From the IMG/VR virus record IMGVR_UViG_3300033273_000550, positions 102,013-166,012 of that record: a stretch of 64,000 bases of DNA; one strand, given 5' to 3'. Below the pieces are notes generated by a model. It worked only from the letters and a program-made list of their open reading frames with translations, was not told the origin of the DNA and searched no databases. This DNA is from a virus. The translations under genes were made by a program, and so were the position numbers. Shown piece by piece: positions 39,823 to 48,636 of this stretch. Position 1 is the first letter of the stretch; the number at the start of each line of letters is the position of its first letter.

Positions 39823-40468
39823 AGCAATTATCATATCAGGACTCTTAACACATCTTTCAGATAATATTATACCTTTTTTAGATAAAGATACTGACGTATA
39901 CTGTTATACTTGGAATATAGATTGGAACGGTAGATGGATGGTTAAGTTAAATAGGTATAAGAAATACTGTAATGATATAAAAGTAGTTTTAGAAAAACCT
40001 AAATTCGAAAAAAAACTACATTCATATTTTTACTCTACGTATAAAACTGTTAATATGATTGATGATATTGACAAGTATGACCGTATTATTAAGTTTAAAC
40101 CTAATGTAGAAGGAGATATAAATTATGTAGGAGACTTAGACTACTATTTTTTAAAAGCTAAATTACAATCCAGACCTTTGCTTTCTAATACTAATAAAGA
40201 GGAATGTATCTTCGGTACAGTTCATTATCAATCAATGGATGAGCGAATGTTTACTACTTATCCGTTGGCTTTAAAGAAATTATTTCATATCTTGGAAGAA
40301 GAGTTTATTCCTACTATGCTAAGTATAGATGCTTTTTGCAGTATGAAGTATGGTGAAAATTACGAAGGTAGTTTATTTTGGAAGGAATGGGTTGATAACA
40401 AACAAGTAAAGTTAATACAAGATATTGATTTAAGAATCCCTAATAGTAAATCATATGCCAATTCATAG
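39815..40468 (+). CDS. Putative glycosyltransferase-like protein (related to 22848)
   Basis: AIIISG...DVYCYTW...YDRIIKFKP. Confidence 0.45.
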   Translation: MPKAIIISGLLTHLSDNIIPFLDKDTDVYCYTWNIDWNGRWMVKLNRYKKYCNDIKVVLEKPKFEKKLHSYFYSTYKTVNMIDDIDKYDRIIKFKPNVEGDINYVGDLDYYFLKAKLQSRPLLSNTNKEECIFGTVHYQSMDERMFTTYPLALKKLFHILEEEFIPTMLSIDAFCSMKYGENYEGSLFWKEWVDNKQVKLIQDIDLRIPNSKSYANS

Positions 40469-40718
40469 AACAAAAAATAGCTTAACAGAAAACGAAATAG
40501 CTGACTTTAAACTTATAAAAAGCAGAGAAGAGTTTTTAGATAAAGAAATGGCTGAAGTAGGTTTATTAGAGCTCCAAATTAAGTTAAGAAAGGAATCTAA
40601 TGAAAATTTCTATAAAGAGACAGTTAATTTACGAAAGCAGCTAGCTAAGTATATTAAAGAGAAGTATGGCGATGGATCCATTGATCTCGATAAAGGTAAA
40701 TTTATTCCTTCTAAATAA
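40455..40718 (+). CDS. Small coiled-coil hypothetical protein
   Basis: 87 aa; ends KYGDGSIDLDKGKF. Confidence 0.6.
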   Translation: MPIHRTKNSLTENEIADFKLIKSREEFLDKEMAEVGLLELQIKLRKESNENFYKETVNLRKQLAKYIKEKYGDGSIDLDKGKFIPSK

Positions 40719-40795
40719 CTTTTTCACTCTTAAATACGATATTTATTAATATATAATACGGACCACTTGTAAAAATGGTTTCGATTTTCTCGATA

Positions 40796-40803
40796 TATTT
40801 ATA
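40796..40803 (+). promoter_or_regulatory. TATTTATA putative late promoter element
   Basis: 27 nt upstream of sheath ATG; second variant TATTTATT at 40740. Confidence 0.55.
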
Positions 40804-40830
40804 ATAGACTAAAAATAAACTAAAGCGAAC

Positions 40831-42582
40831 ATGGCAGAAACTATTATCTCCCCAGGTGTATTTCAAAGAGAGAATGATATTTCATTTATCACTCCTGCAC
40901 CAGTTGAAGTAGGAGCAGCAATTATTGGCCCTACAGTTAAAGGACCTGTTGAGATTCCTACTACTGTAACATCATATAATCAATATGTAAGGCTTTTCGG
41001 CGATGTATTTGAAAATGGAACAGCTAAAGACGAATACTTTACATCTATAGCTGCAAAAAATTACTTTAGTCAAGGAGGTAACACACTGCTTGTGACTAGA
41101 GTTGTAACTGGTTCATATACTAGTGCTGCTAACACACACATTTCAGCAAGCGACAAAGGTGCTACACAGCCTTTTACCATTAAGACAATCGGTCAAGGAA
41201 CAATTTATAATAATTTATCATCATCAGACGGAACTTACGATGGAGCAATCGATGAAAATTCATTAGATGCTTCATTAGTTTCAGGATCTGCTGACAGTAT
41301 TAGATGGGAAATCTCTAACATTAGTAATGCTAAGGGAACATTTACTTTATCTGTACGTAGAGGTAATGATAATAAGAATCAAAAAGTTGTTTTAGAGACA
41401 TTCAATAATCTTTCGTTAGATCCTAACAGTGAAAACTACGTAGCAAAAGCTATCGGTACTCAATATAAGACTCAATCAGGAGGAGAGATCACTGTAAACG
41501 GAGAGTTTACTAATAAATCTAACTACATTTATGTAAGTGCAGTTAATTTAAAAACTCTTAACTACTTAGGTAATGACGGATCAACAGTAGGAGTAGATTC
41601 AGGAGGAACTTCTTATTCTGCTTCTTTACCAATTGCTGAGTCAGGATCATTCTACAATGCTACTGGTACTCAAAAAGCATCAGGTTCAATGAACCTTTAC
41701 GGTAATATTAACGGTACAGATTCTCAAGGTCTAACCTCAGGTAACTACTCAGATGTAATTACTTTATTAGAGAATTCTGACGATTATAAATTTAACATTA
41801 TTTCTGCTCCAGGTATTACAAACACTCACCATGGAACAACTGTTGACAGTTTAATCTCACTAGCAGAGACTAGAGGAGATTGTATTGCAGTAGTAGACTT
41901 AGTAGGATACGGAAGCAACGTAAGTGCAGTAAATACTCAAGCAGCAGATCTAAATAGCTCATATGCAGCATCATACTGGCCATGGCTACAAACTAGCTCA
42001 GGTACAGGTAAAAATATCTGGATCCCAGCATCAGTAGTTATTCCAGGAGTATATTCATTTACAGATAATAGTTCAGCACCATGGTTTGCACCTGCTGGAT
42101 TAGTTAGAGGTGGATTAGTTGGAGTTATTCAAGCAGAAAAGAAATTATCTAAAGCAAATAGAGATTCTTTATATGATAACAAAGTTAACCCAATTGCAAC
42201 CTTCCCTGGAACTGGATTAGCAGTATTTGGTCAGAAAACGCTACAAACTAAAGCATCTGCTCTAGATAGAGTAAATGTAAGAAGACTATTAATCGAATTA
42301 AAAGAGTTCGTTGGAAATCAAGCTCAAAACTTGGTATTCGAGCAGAACACTATCGCTACAAGAAACAGATTCTTATCTGCTGTAAATCCATACTTAGATT
42401 CAGTAGTACAAAGACAAGGATTGTATGCTTATAGAGTGGTAATGGATGATAGCAACAACACTGCTGAAGTTGTAGATAGAAATCAATTAGTTGGTCAGAT
42501 CTTTATCCAACCAGCTAGAACAGCAGAATTTATAGTACTTGACTTCGTAGTAGAGCCAACAGGAGCTACATTTGGTCAATAA
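40831..42582 (+). CDS. Contractile tail sheath protein (T4 gp18-like)
   Basis: SPGVF.RE.D.S, GP..KGP, PWFAPAG..RG, NPI, GQKTL, RVNVRRLL, FEQN. Confidence 0.97.
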   Translation: MAETIISPGVFQRENDISFITPAPVEVGAAIIGPTVKGPVEIPTTVTSYNQYVRLFGDVFENGTAKDEYFTSIAAKNYFSQGGNTLLVTRVVTGSYTSAANTHISASDKGATQPFTIKTIGQGTIYNNLSSSDGTYDGAIDENSLDASLVSGSADSIRWEISNISNAKGTFTLSVRRGNDNKNQKVVLETFNNLSLDPNSENYVAKAIGTQYKTQSGGEITVNGEFTNKSNYIYVSAVNLKTLNYLGNDGSTVGVDSGGTSYSASLPIAESGSFYNATGTQKASGSMNLYGNINGTDSQGLTSGNYSDVITLLENSDDYKFNIISAPGITNTHHGTTVDSLISLAETRGDCIAVVDLVGYGSNVSAVNTQAADLNSSYAASYWPWLQTSSGTGKNIWIPASVVIPGVYSFTDNSSAPWFAPAGLVRGGLVGVIQAEKKLSKANRDSLYDNKVNPIATFPGTGLAVFGQKTLQTKASALDRVNVRRLLIELKEFVGNQAQNLVFEQNTIATRNRFLSAVNPYLDSVVQRQGLYAYRVVMDDSNNTAEVVDRNQLVGQIFIQPARTAEFIVLDFVVEPTGATFGQ

Positions 42583-42595
42583 TTTAAAAATTAGA

Positions 42596-42603
42596 TATTT
42601 ATA
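42596..42603 (+). promoter_or_regulatory. TATTTATA putative late promoter element
   Basis: 13 nt upstream of tube ATG. Confidence 0.55.
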
Positions 42604-42616
42604 ATAAATTAATAAC

Positions 42617-43102
42617 ATGGCAGTATTAGACGCAAACGAAATCATGTTTAGAGCCTTTGAACCAAAGGTACAGAACAGATTTATACTTAATATCGATACG
42701 ATCCCTGCTTATTTAGTTAAGAATGTAAAAGCTCCTACTTTTACTGATAACTCAATCAAGCTAGATCATATTAACTCGTATAGAAAGATTCGTGGTAAGA
42801 GAGAGTGGGAAGATATGACTATGACACTCTATGATCCAATCACTCCTTCAGGAGCTCAAGCAGTAATGGAGTGGGCAAGATTATCATACGAATCAGTAAC
42901 AGGTAGAGCAGGTTATTCTGATTTCTACAAAAAAGATCTTACTCTTAATATTTTAGGTCCTGTAGGAGATATCATCGGAGAATGGGTAATCAAAGGAGCT
43001 TTCTTAGTCAATGGAGACTTTGGACAGTTTGATTGGTCTACAGATGAAGTAGTTGACCTTAATATTACAGTAGCTATGGATTATTGCGTCTTGAATTACT
43101 AA
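42617..43102 (+). CDS. Tail tube protein (T4 gp19-like)
   Basis: QNRFIL...WEDMTMTLYDP...EW...YKKDLTL.ILGP.G.II.EW.IKGAF; follows sheath. Confidence 0.93.
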   Translation: MAVLDANEIMFRAFEPKVQNRFILNIDTIPAYLVKNVKAPTFTDNSIKLDHINSYRKIRGKREWEDMTMTLYDPITPSGAQAVMEWARLSYESVTGRAGYSDFYKKDLTLNILGPVGDIIGEWVIKGAFLVNGDFGQFDWSTDEVVDLNITVAMDYCVLNY

Positions 43103-43126
43103 CGCTACACTACATATTCTAATATT

Positions 43127-43155
43127 AACCCGGATTCATTTCCGGGTTTTTTTTT
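43127..43155 (+). terminator. Rho-independent terminator after sheath-tube operon
   Basis: aacccgga-ttcatt-tccgggtt followed by a T run. Confidence 0.9.
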
Positions 43156-43244
43156 CGAATTATTCTTCATATATTAAATTAATATTACGGCAAGTTTAAG
43201 AGAATATTACTAACTGCCTATTTATTAATATAAAACATCCAATT

Positions 43245-43478
43245 ATGAAGAAAGCATTTAACCTTATTTTAGTAGGTATGCTGTTATTCGGGATGATAGC
43301 AGCAGCCAACACGACCGATCCGGTACGTGAAGCAAAAGCCAAACAGTATGAATATCTGAAGAAGGCTAAGTACTTCGAAATTCGAGCAGAATTAGAAGCA
43401 GGAAAAATTACATTAGAAGAAGCCCAAGCCAAGTGGCAAAAGGCAATTAACAAATTAAAAAAAGAAGAGGGTAAATAA
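43245..43478 (+). CDS. Small secreted/membrane protein with N-terminal signal peptide
   Basis: MKK + hydrophobic core + AAA cleavage-like site; charged helical mature part; TATTTATT at 43219 and own terminator. Confidence 0.7.
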   Translation: MKKAFNLILVGMLLFGMIAAANTTDPVREAKAKQYEYLKKAKYFEIRAELEAGKITLEEAQAKWQKAINKLKKEEGK

Positions 43479-43489
43479 CCCTCTTTTTT
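43465..43489 (+). terminator. Rho-independent terminator
   Basis: aagagggt-aaata-accctctt + tttt, overlapping the stop of 43245. Confidence 0.8.
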
Positions 43490-43515
43490 GTTGTATATGA
43501 AATTTTAAAGTGCTA

Positions 43516-43523
43516 TATTTATA
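43516..43523 (+). promoter_or_regulatory. TATTTATA putative late promoter element
   Basis: 30 nt upstream of ATG 43554. Confidence 0.55.
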
Positions 43524-43553
43524 TAAAAGACTAGTTTTTTTAAAATAAAATTT

Positions 43554-44294
43554 ATGGCCGAATTTAAATTACCTACCGAAACGGTAGACTTACCATCAAG
43601 AGGATTACTATATCCTGAAACTTCTCCTTTATCGAAAGGTACTTTAGAAATGAAGTATATGACAGCTAAGGAAGAAGATATTCTAACTAACCAGAATTAT
43701 ATTCAAAACGGTGTAGTATTAGATAAACTACTTCAGTCTCTTATTGTTACTGAAGGTATTAACTATAACGAATTATTAGTAGGTGATAAGAATGCATTGT
43801 TAATTGCAGCTAGAATTCTTTCTTACGGTAAAGATTACAATGTAATTATGGAAGGACAAAGTCTGGATATAGACTTAACTACTTTTGAAAATAAACCTAT
43901 TGATGAAAGTAACTATAAAGATAGAAAGAACTCATTTACTATCAAGTTACCTAATTCCGGTAATGAAGTTACTTTTAAATTATTGACTCATGGAGATGAA
44001 AAGAACATAGAAAAAGAACTTCAAGGGTTAAGAAAGATTAATAAACAAGAATCTAAAGAGGTAACAACAAGACTTAAGCATATTATTACAGCAGTTAATG
44101 GTGCTACCGATATCAGTGATATCAGAGAGTTTGTTGACAATTATTTATTAGCTAAAGATGCAAGAGTATTAAGAGAGGAATATGCAAGGGTTTCTCCTGA
44201 TATTGATCTTACATTTAATTATACCAATAGTTTAGGTGATGAGGAGGTCGCTACCTTGCCTATTACCTTTCGCTTTTTTTGGCCTGAAGGCTAG
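43554..44294 (+). CDS. T4 gp26-like baseplate hub / tail assembly chaperone
   Basis: LPSRG..Y...MKYMTAKEEDIL, D..ALLIAAR..SYG.DY; ends FFWP; lies just before tape measure. Confidence 0.85.
   Translation: MAEFKLPTETVDLPSRGLLYPETSPLSKGTLEMKYMTAKEEDILTNQNYIQNGVVLDKLLQSLIVTEGINYNELLVGDKNALLIAARILSYGKDYNVIMEGQSLDIDLTTFENKPIDESNYKDRKNSFTIKLPNSGNEVTFKLLTHGDEKNIEKELQGLRKINKQESKEVTTRLKHIITAVNGATDISDIREFVDNYLLAKDARVLREEYARVSPDIDLTFNYTNSLGDEEVATLPITFRFFWPEG
44274..44280 (+). other. Candidate +1 programmed frameshift site TTT_TTT_T
   Basis: 7-T run at the end of 43554 ORF; the +1 frame stays open to 44529. Confidence 0.55.
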
Positions 44295-44529
44295 CGATAG
44301 ATCTTCTATTTTTTCACAAATTCATGAAATAGTATTTCACGGTAACGGAGGATACGATTGGTATTCTGTGTATAATATGCCTATATGGCTTCGTAAATTT
44401 ACGTTTATGAAGTTGAAAGAACACTTTGAAGCTATTAATGATACTAATAAACAACCTCAGAAAACTAAAAGTAAGGTTCATCGACCGGATATAAAACCAT
44501 CTTATACAACAAAGGCTTCTTCCAAATAG
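44275..44529 (+). CDS. Frameshift extension of tail chaperone (GT-like; T4 gp51-like position)
   Basis: Reading frame of tracked ORF 44236..44529 with IFSQIHEIVFHG.GGY....YNMPIWLR; overlaps the upstream gene in the +1 frame. Confidence 0.6.
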   Translation, partial: FFGLKASDRSSIFSQIHEIVFHGNGGYDWYSVYNMPIWLRKFTFMKLKEHFEAINDTNKQPQKTKSKVHRPDIKPSYTTKASSK

Positions 44530-44537
44530 GAGCCTTT
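44511..44537 (+). terminator. Hairpin at end of chaperone extension
   Basis: aaaggct...agccttt inverted repeat spanning the stop codon. Confidence 0.5.
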
Positions 44538-44539
44538 AC

Positions 44540-44547
44540 TATTTATA
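44540..44547 (+). promoter_or_regulatory. TATTTATA putative late promoter element
   Basis: 17 nt upstream of tape measure ATG. Confidence 0.55.
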
Positions 44548-44564
44548 TTATATAGAACTCTTAC

Positions 44565-46964
44565 ATGGCTATAAACGATAACGAAAGAAGGAAAGCTAGA
44601 CAACAGGCTGACGAGATAGCACTCATATTCAAAGATACATTTTTTAGTATTGCAGATGAGTTTGCTGATCGTATGTCTGATGCTTTCGAAGCTGGTACTG
44701 ATAGAGGTTTTAGCGCTACTACAGTTAAGAGTGTAGAGCGACAGATAAAAGATCTAGGACGCTCATATGATCAACTCTCCCGTAATCAATCACGTATTAT
44801 AAAAGGTACTCTTAAAGAAAGAGATATACGTGCGCAGATACTAGAATTTGATAAAAAAAGAGAGGCAGTTCTTACTCAAATGAGTCTAATTGCTGATGAA
44901 ACTTCACAAGAGTACACAAGGTTAAGACGAGATTTAGCTGCTATAGAAAAGACTGCTGAAGGACTAACACAGGAATTAGAAAACCAAATCGTTGCATTAA
45001 AGAGGTTAAATTCTCAAACTGCATTTTTCGATTCTCTAGCCGAAGCTGCTAAAAGTATTCCTGGCTTAGGGCCATTAATCTCCGGTCCTTTTAAAGAAGC
45101 TCAAGAAGCCGCTAGATTAGCAGCTTTGAAAACTGATGATTTTATAACCGCATTTGCTGCGGGAATTGGGACGTTAGGTGTATCACTAGGTCAAACACTT
45201 TTAGGACCAAAAGGTATTTTAATTACATTAGTTAAAGTAAATGATCAGGTAACAGAAATAGGTAGAGAATTTGCTATTTCCGGAGCATCCGCTCTGAAAT
45301 TTAGAAAAGAGCTTGACTCCGCTGCTGAATCTACATTAGTACTTACAAAAGAACTTATTGCAGCTAATTTCCAATTAAATAATCTAGTTGGAATCGCAGG
45401 TAGATTTGACGAAAAACTAGTAACTACTTTTGGTGAACTTACAACCTTATTAGGACTTACAGAAGAAGAAGCTGGCAAACTACTATTAAACACTAGTAAT
45501 TTAAACACCTCGGCTAATGACTTTACTAGCGCATTAGCAGAGAGTTTAGTTATAGAGAGTCAATTGCAAGGAATAGCAATAGGATTAAAAGATGCTTTTC
45601 AAGAGGTAAGTAATATATCTGCAGAGACTGCTCTTAACCTTAGAAGAAATGAAAATGCAATTGCTGCTGCTGTAGTACAAAGTAGAAGATTAGGTCTTTC
45701 ATTTGATGTATTAGAAAATTCTGCTGATAGTTTATTAGATTTTGAATCTTCTATTAGATCAGAATTAGAAGCAGAACTATTAACAGGAAGACAGCTTAAT
45801 TTAGAAAGAGCAAGAGCCGCAGCATTAACCGGAGATACGGTAACTCTACAAAGAGAATTAGGTAAAAATTTCGGTACACTAGCAGATTTTGAAAATCAAT
45901 CTGTTTTAGCTAGAAGAGCACAAGCACAAGCTCTAGGAATGTCTGTAGAAGAATTAGCCAATATTCTATTAAAGCAAGAGGCTGTTATAGCTAATGAAGA
46001 AGCTGCTTTAAGATTAAACGCAGAACAAATTAGAGGTGCTAGAAAATTAGCAGAAGAAGAAGGTATAACTTTTGGGCAAGCCCTTAAAAATCAAGCTATG
46101 CAGCTATCAGCTACACAGACTTTAGAAAGATTTGCTGGTAAGCTACAACAAGCTTTTGCTTCATTAATCCAGGTAATCGAGCCTGCTCTTAACACAGTTA
46201 CTAAATTAGTAGAAAAACTATCTGGTAATTCATTTTTTGCAACAGCAGCAAAATCTATCTTAGGTGTAGGTTCAACTATTGCTATAGTTAGTTCGATAAT
46301 GAACTTTGGGAAGTCTATTATTAGTGGAGCAAGAGGTTCTACACCTGCTAATCCTATGTATACTGCAAATGTAGGTGGCTTAGGAGGTGATCCTAATCAA
46401 CTTTCCTTATTCCCTGAAGGACCAGTACCTAGTGGTAAGAACCCCAAAGGTTTTAAAAATAGTAGAATGATGGGTAAATTTGGGAAAGCAGGCAAGTACG
46501 CCAGATTTGGTAGATTAGCTAAATTTGGGGGAGCAACTGCTCTGATAAGCTCTGGTATAAATTTAGGTACCAACTTAATGGATGATAAATTAAGTACTGG
46601 AGATGCCTTAATGAAAACATTAGATCAAAATAAATTTACAGCCTTAGGAGCAGGAATTGGAGCTCTTTTTGGAGGAATTGGAGCAGTACCTGGTGCTGCA
46701 ATAGGAGGCTTATTAGACGTTTTCGCTAATAACGCAGGTTTTAATGGTACCTACGACGACTTTATAGTTAGACCAGGACAAAAACCTATGAGGTTTAACA
46801 AAGGTGATATAGTAGCCGGAGGTACTAATTTAGGAGGTAATAATAAAGGGTTAGAAGATAAATTTGATAAACTGATTGCTTTAGTAGAAAAAGGATCAGT
46901 AATTAATATGGAATCAAGAAAAGTTGGTACCGCAATGGTTTTATCAGGAATTAAAAACGCTTAA
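44565..46964 (+). CDS. Tape measure protein
   Basis: 799 aa, Ala/Leu-rich helical, Gly-zipper hydrophobic segment near C-terminus, position after chaperones. Confidence 0.9.
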   Translation: MAINDNERRKARQQADEIALIFKDTFFSIADEFADRMSDAFEAGTDRGFSATTVKSVERQIKDLGRSYDQLSRNQSRIIKGTLKERDIRAQILEFDKKREAVLTQMSLIADETSQEYTRLRRDLAAIEKTAEGLTQELENQIVALKRLNSQTAFFDSLAEAAKSIPGLGPLISGPFKEAQEAARLAALKTDDFITAFAAGIGTLGVSLGQTLLGPKGILITLVKVNDQVTEIGREFAISGASALKFRKELDSAAESTLVLTKELIAANFQLNNLVGIAGRFDEKLVTTFGELTTLLGLTEEEAGKLLLNTSNLNTSANDFTSALAESLVIESQLQGIAIGLKDAFQEVSNISAETALNLRRNENAIAAAVVQSRRLGLSFDVLENSADSLLDFESSIRSELEAELLTGRQLNLERARAAALTGDTVTLQRELGKNFGTLADFENQSVLARRAQAQALGMSVEELANILLKQEAVIANEEAALRLNAEQIRGARKLAEEEGITFGQALKNQAMQLSATQTLERFAGKLQQAFASLIQVIEPALNTVTKLVEKLSGNSFFATAAKSILGVGSTIAIVSSIMNFGKSIISGARGSTPANPMYTANVGGLGGDPNQLSLFPEGPVPSGKNPKGFKNSRMMGKFGKAGKYARFGRLAKFGGATALISSGINLGTNLMDDKLSTGDALMKTLDQNKFTALGAGIGALFGGIGAVPGAAIGGLLDVFANNAGFNGTYDDFIVRPGQKPMRFNKGDIVAGGTNLGGNNKGLEDKFDKLIALVEKGSVINMESRKVGTAMVLSGIKNA

Positions 46965-46966
46965 AC

Positions 46967-46974
46967 TATTTATA
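46967..46974 (+). promoter_or_regulatory. TATTTATA putative late promoter element
   Basis: 16 nt upstream of ATG 46991. Confidence 0.55.
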
Positions 46975-46990
46975 ATAAAAATTAACAATC

Positions 46991-47197
46991 ATGGGAATTA
47001 AAGATTCATTTTTAAACAATCCTTCAGGATTAAGCCTAGGAGGAATCACACCACCAACAAGACCAGGTGCATTAAGAACATCAACTATGCATAACCAGTC
47101 TTCTATTAATGATAATCCAGATATTGAACAACAACCTTCAGTATTGGATCTTGACGGAGTTACTCCACCAAAGTATTTAGATAACCCACCTAACTAG
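46991..47197 (+). CDS. Small Pro-rich virion protein
   Basis: 68 aa with an internal repeat (PSGLSLGGITPP / PSVLDLDGVTPP). Confidence 0.65.
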   Translation: MGIKDSFLNNPSGLSLGGITPPTRPGALRTSTMHNQSSINDNPDIEQQPSVLDLDGVTPPKYLDNPPN

Positions 47198-47200
47198 TAA

Positions 47201-48631
47201 ATGGGAATCTTAAGGAACTACATAGAAAGGGGTATCCCCGATAATAACAGATTTTACTTTGAATCAGGTAATAAACCCCTGGTTACAAAAGACATTCCTG
47301 TTAAAATAGATTCTAGGGTTCCTAACTCTACTAATCAAATTACTAGAAGAGTAAACGATTTAGAGAGGATAGCCAAGTTACTAATTAAACCACCAGGGTT
47401 AAAGTATATAGCTAATGAAACTATGCTTCAAGCTAGTACTTTTAAACCTGATCCTAATAAGACTTTTATAGGCAATAAATTAAAGCAGTTAGGAAGCGGT
47501 TTATTAGGTACAGCTAAGACATTAGGTTCCACTTTAGCACAAGTTCCAGTAAACGGAACAGGTACTCACTTTGTAAAAGGATTTGCCGGTCAAGCAAAAA
47601 ATACTTATTTAAGACAGCAAAATGGTACTAAGTTAGGAGCAGCACCACATGCATTAGCTTTAGGAGGTGGAGAAATATCTATTGATCCAACCAGAAGTGT
47701 TCTCTTAGAGTACTTAAATTCTAAGTTTGCTCCTCAACCATTTGAGGATAATAAGCTAAAAAGTGATTCTCTTCAAAAAGAGTCAGATGAATTATCTAAC
47801 AATAAGAGCATAAGAGTAAGATTAGGTGATCCAACTATTGGTGATAAAGTTTTAGCAAGAGACGGTATTAATATGCTTTCTCCTTTCGATCCAACAGAAG
47901 ATCAATTTAAAAGATTATTAGATAGGAATAATATAGAGCTAAAAGATGGAGCCTATAAAACTCAGTTTGGTCAAACTTTAGGAAGAGATTTTGTAAAATT
48001 TAGAATACATATAGTTACTCCTGGAGAAAGAAATAATGCACCAAGTAGAAAAGTATTATTCTTTAGAGCATTCTTAGATAATTTTAACGATAATTATTCT
48101 GGTAATTGGAACACATACAATTATGTTGGTAGAGGAGAAAACTTTTATACATATAATGGTCTAGATAGACAGATAAGTTTAGGTTTTAAAGTGGCAGCAC
48201 AGACTGGTGAAGAGATGAGACCTATCTATCAAAAATTAAACTACTTAGTTTCTTCAGTAGCTCCTACATATGAAGATAACTTTATGAGAGGAACATTTGT
48301 TCAAATGACTGTTGGTGATTATATATATGAATTACCTGGTATAATGAACTCAGTATCTTTAGACTGGCAATCTGACTACCCATGGGAGATTGCTATGAAT
48401 AGACCTGAAGAATTAGAAAGAGATATACCGCAACAGGAACTACCTATGATATTAAATTGTAACTTAACATTTACACCGATTCATAAATTCTTACCAACAG
48501 CAGATGGAGATAGAAACGCATATATTACTAATGCTACTACTCCTGATGAAAGAAATAAAATAGTAGGAGGACGTACAAGACCACGAGTTGAAACGGCTAA
48601 TGAGATTACCCCTCAAGGTAGTACAAACTAA
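47201..48631 (+). CDS. Baseplate tube-initiator-like protein (gp48/gp54-like)
   Basis: FRAFLDNFND.YSGNW....YVGRGE.FY.Y....R.IS.GF...G.M.SVSLDW tube-fold pattern; after TMP. Confidence 0.7.
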   Translation: MGILRNYIERGIPDNNRFYFESGNKPLVTKDIPVKIDSRVPNSTNQITRRVNDLERIAKLLIKPPGLKYIANETMLQASTFKPDPNKTFIGNKLKQLGSGLLGTAKTLGSTLAQVPVNGTGTHFVKGFAGQAKNTYLRQQNGTKLGAAPHALALGGGEISIDPTRSVLLEYLNSKFAPQPFEDNKLKSDSLQKESDELSNNKSIRVRLGDPTIGDKVLARDGINMLSPFDPTEDQFKRLLDRNNIELKDGAYKTQFGQTLGRDFVKFRIHIVTPGERNNAPSRKVLFFRAFLDNFNDNYSGNWNTYNYVGRGENFYTYNGLDRQISLGFKVAAQTGEEMRPIYQKLNYLVSSVAPTYEDNFMRGTFVQMTVGDYIYELPGIMNSVSLDWQSDYPWEIAMNRPEELERDIPQQELPMILNCNLTFTPIHKFLPTADGDRNAYITNATTPDERNKIVGGRTRPRVETANEITPQGSTN

Positions 48632-48636
48632 ATAGA

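Noticed and set aside
11012-40468. DNA hypermodification cluster
   Set aside because: No dNMP hydroxymethylase, thymidylate synthase homologue, aGPT-Pplase or queuosine genes were seen. CMP-ulosonate, sulfo and lectin-GT content fits glycans better. Not fully excluded without nucleoside analysis.
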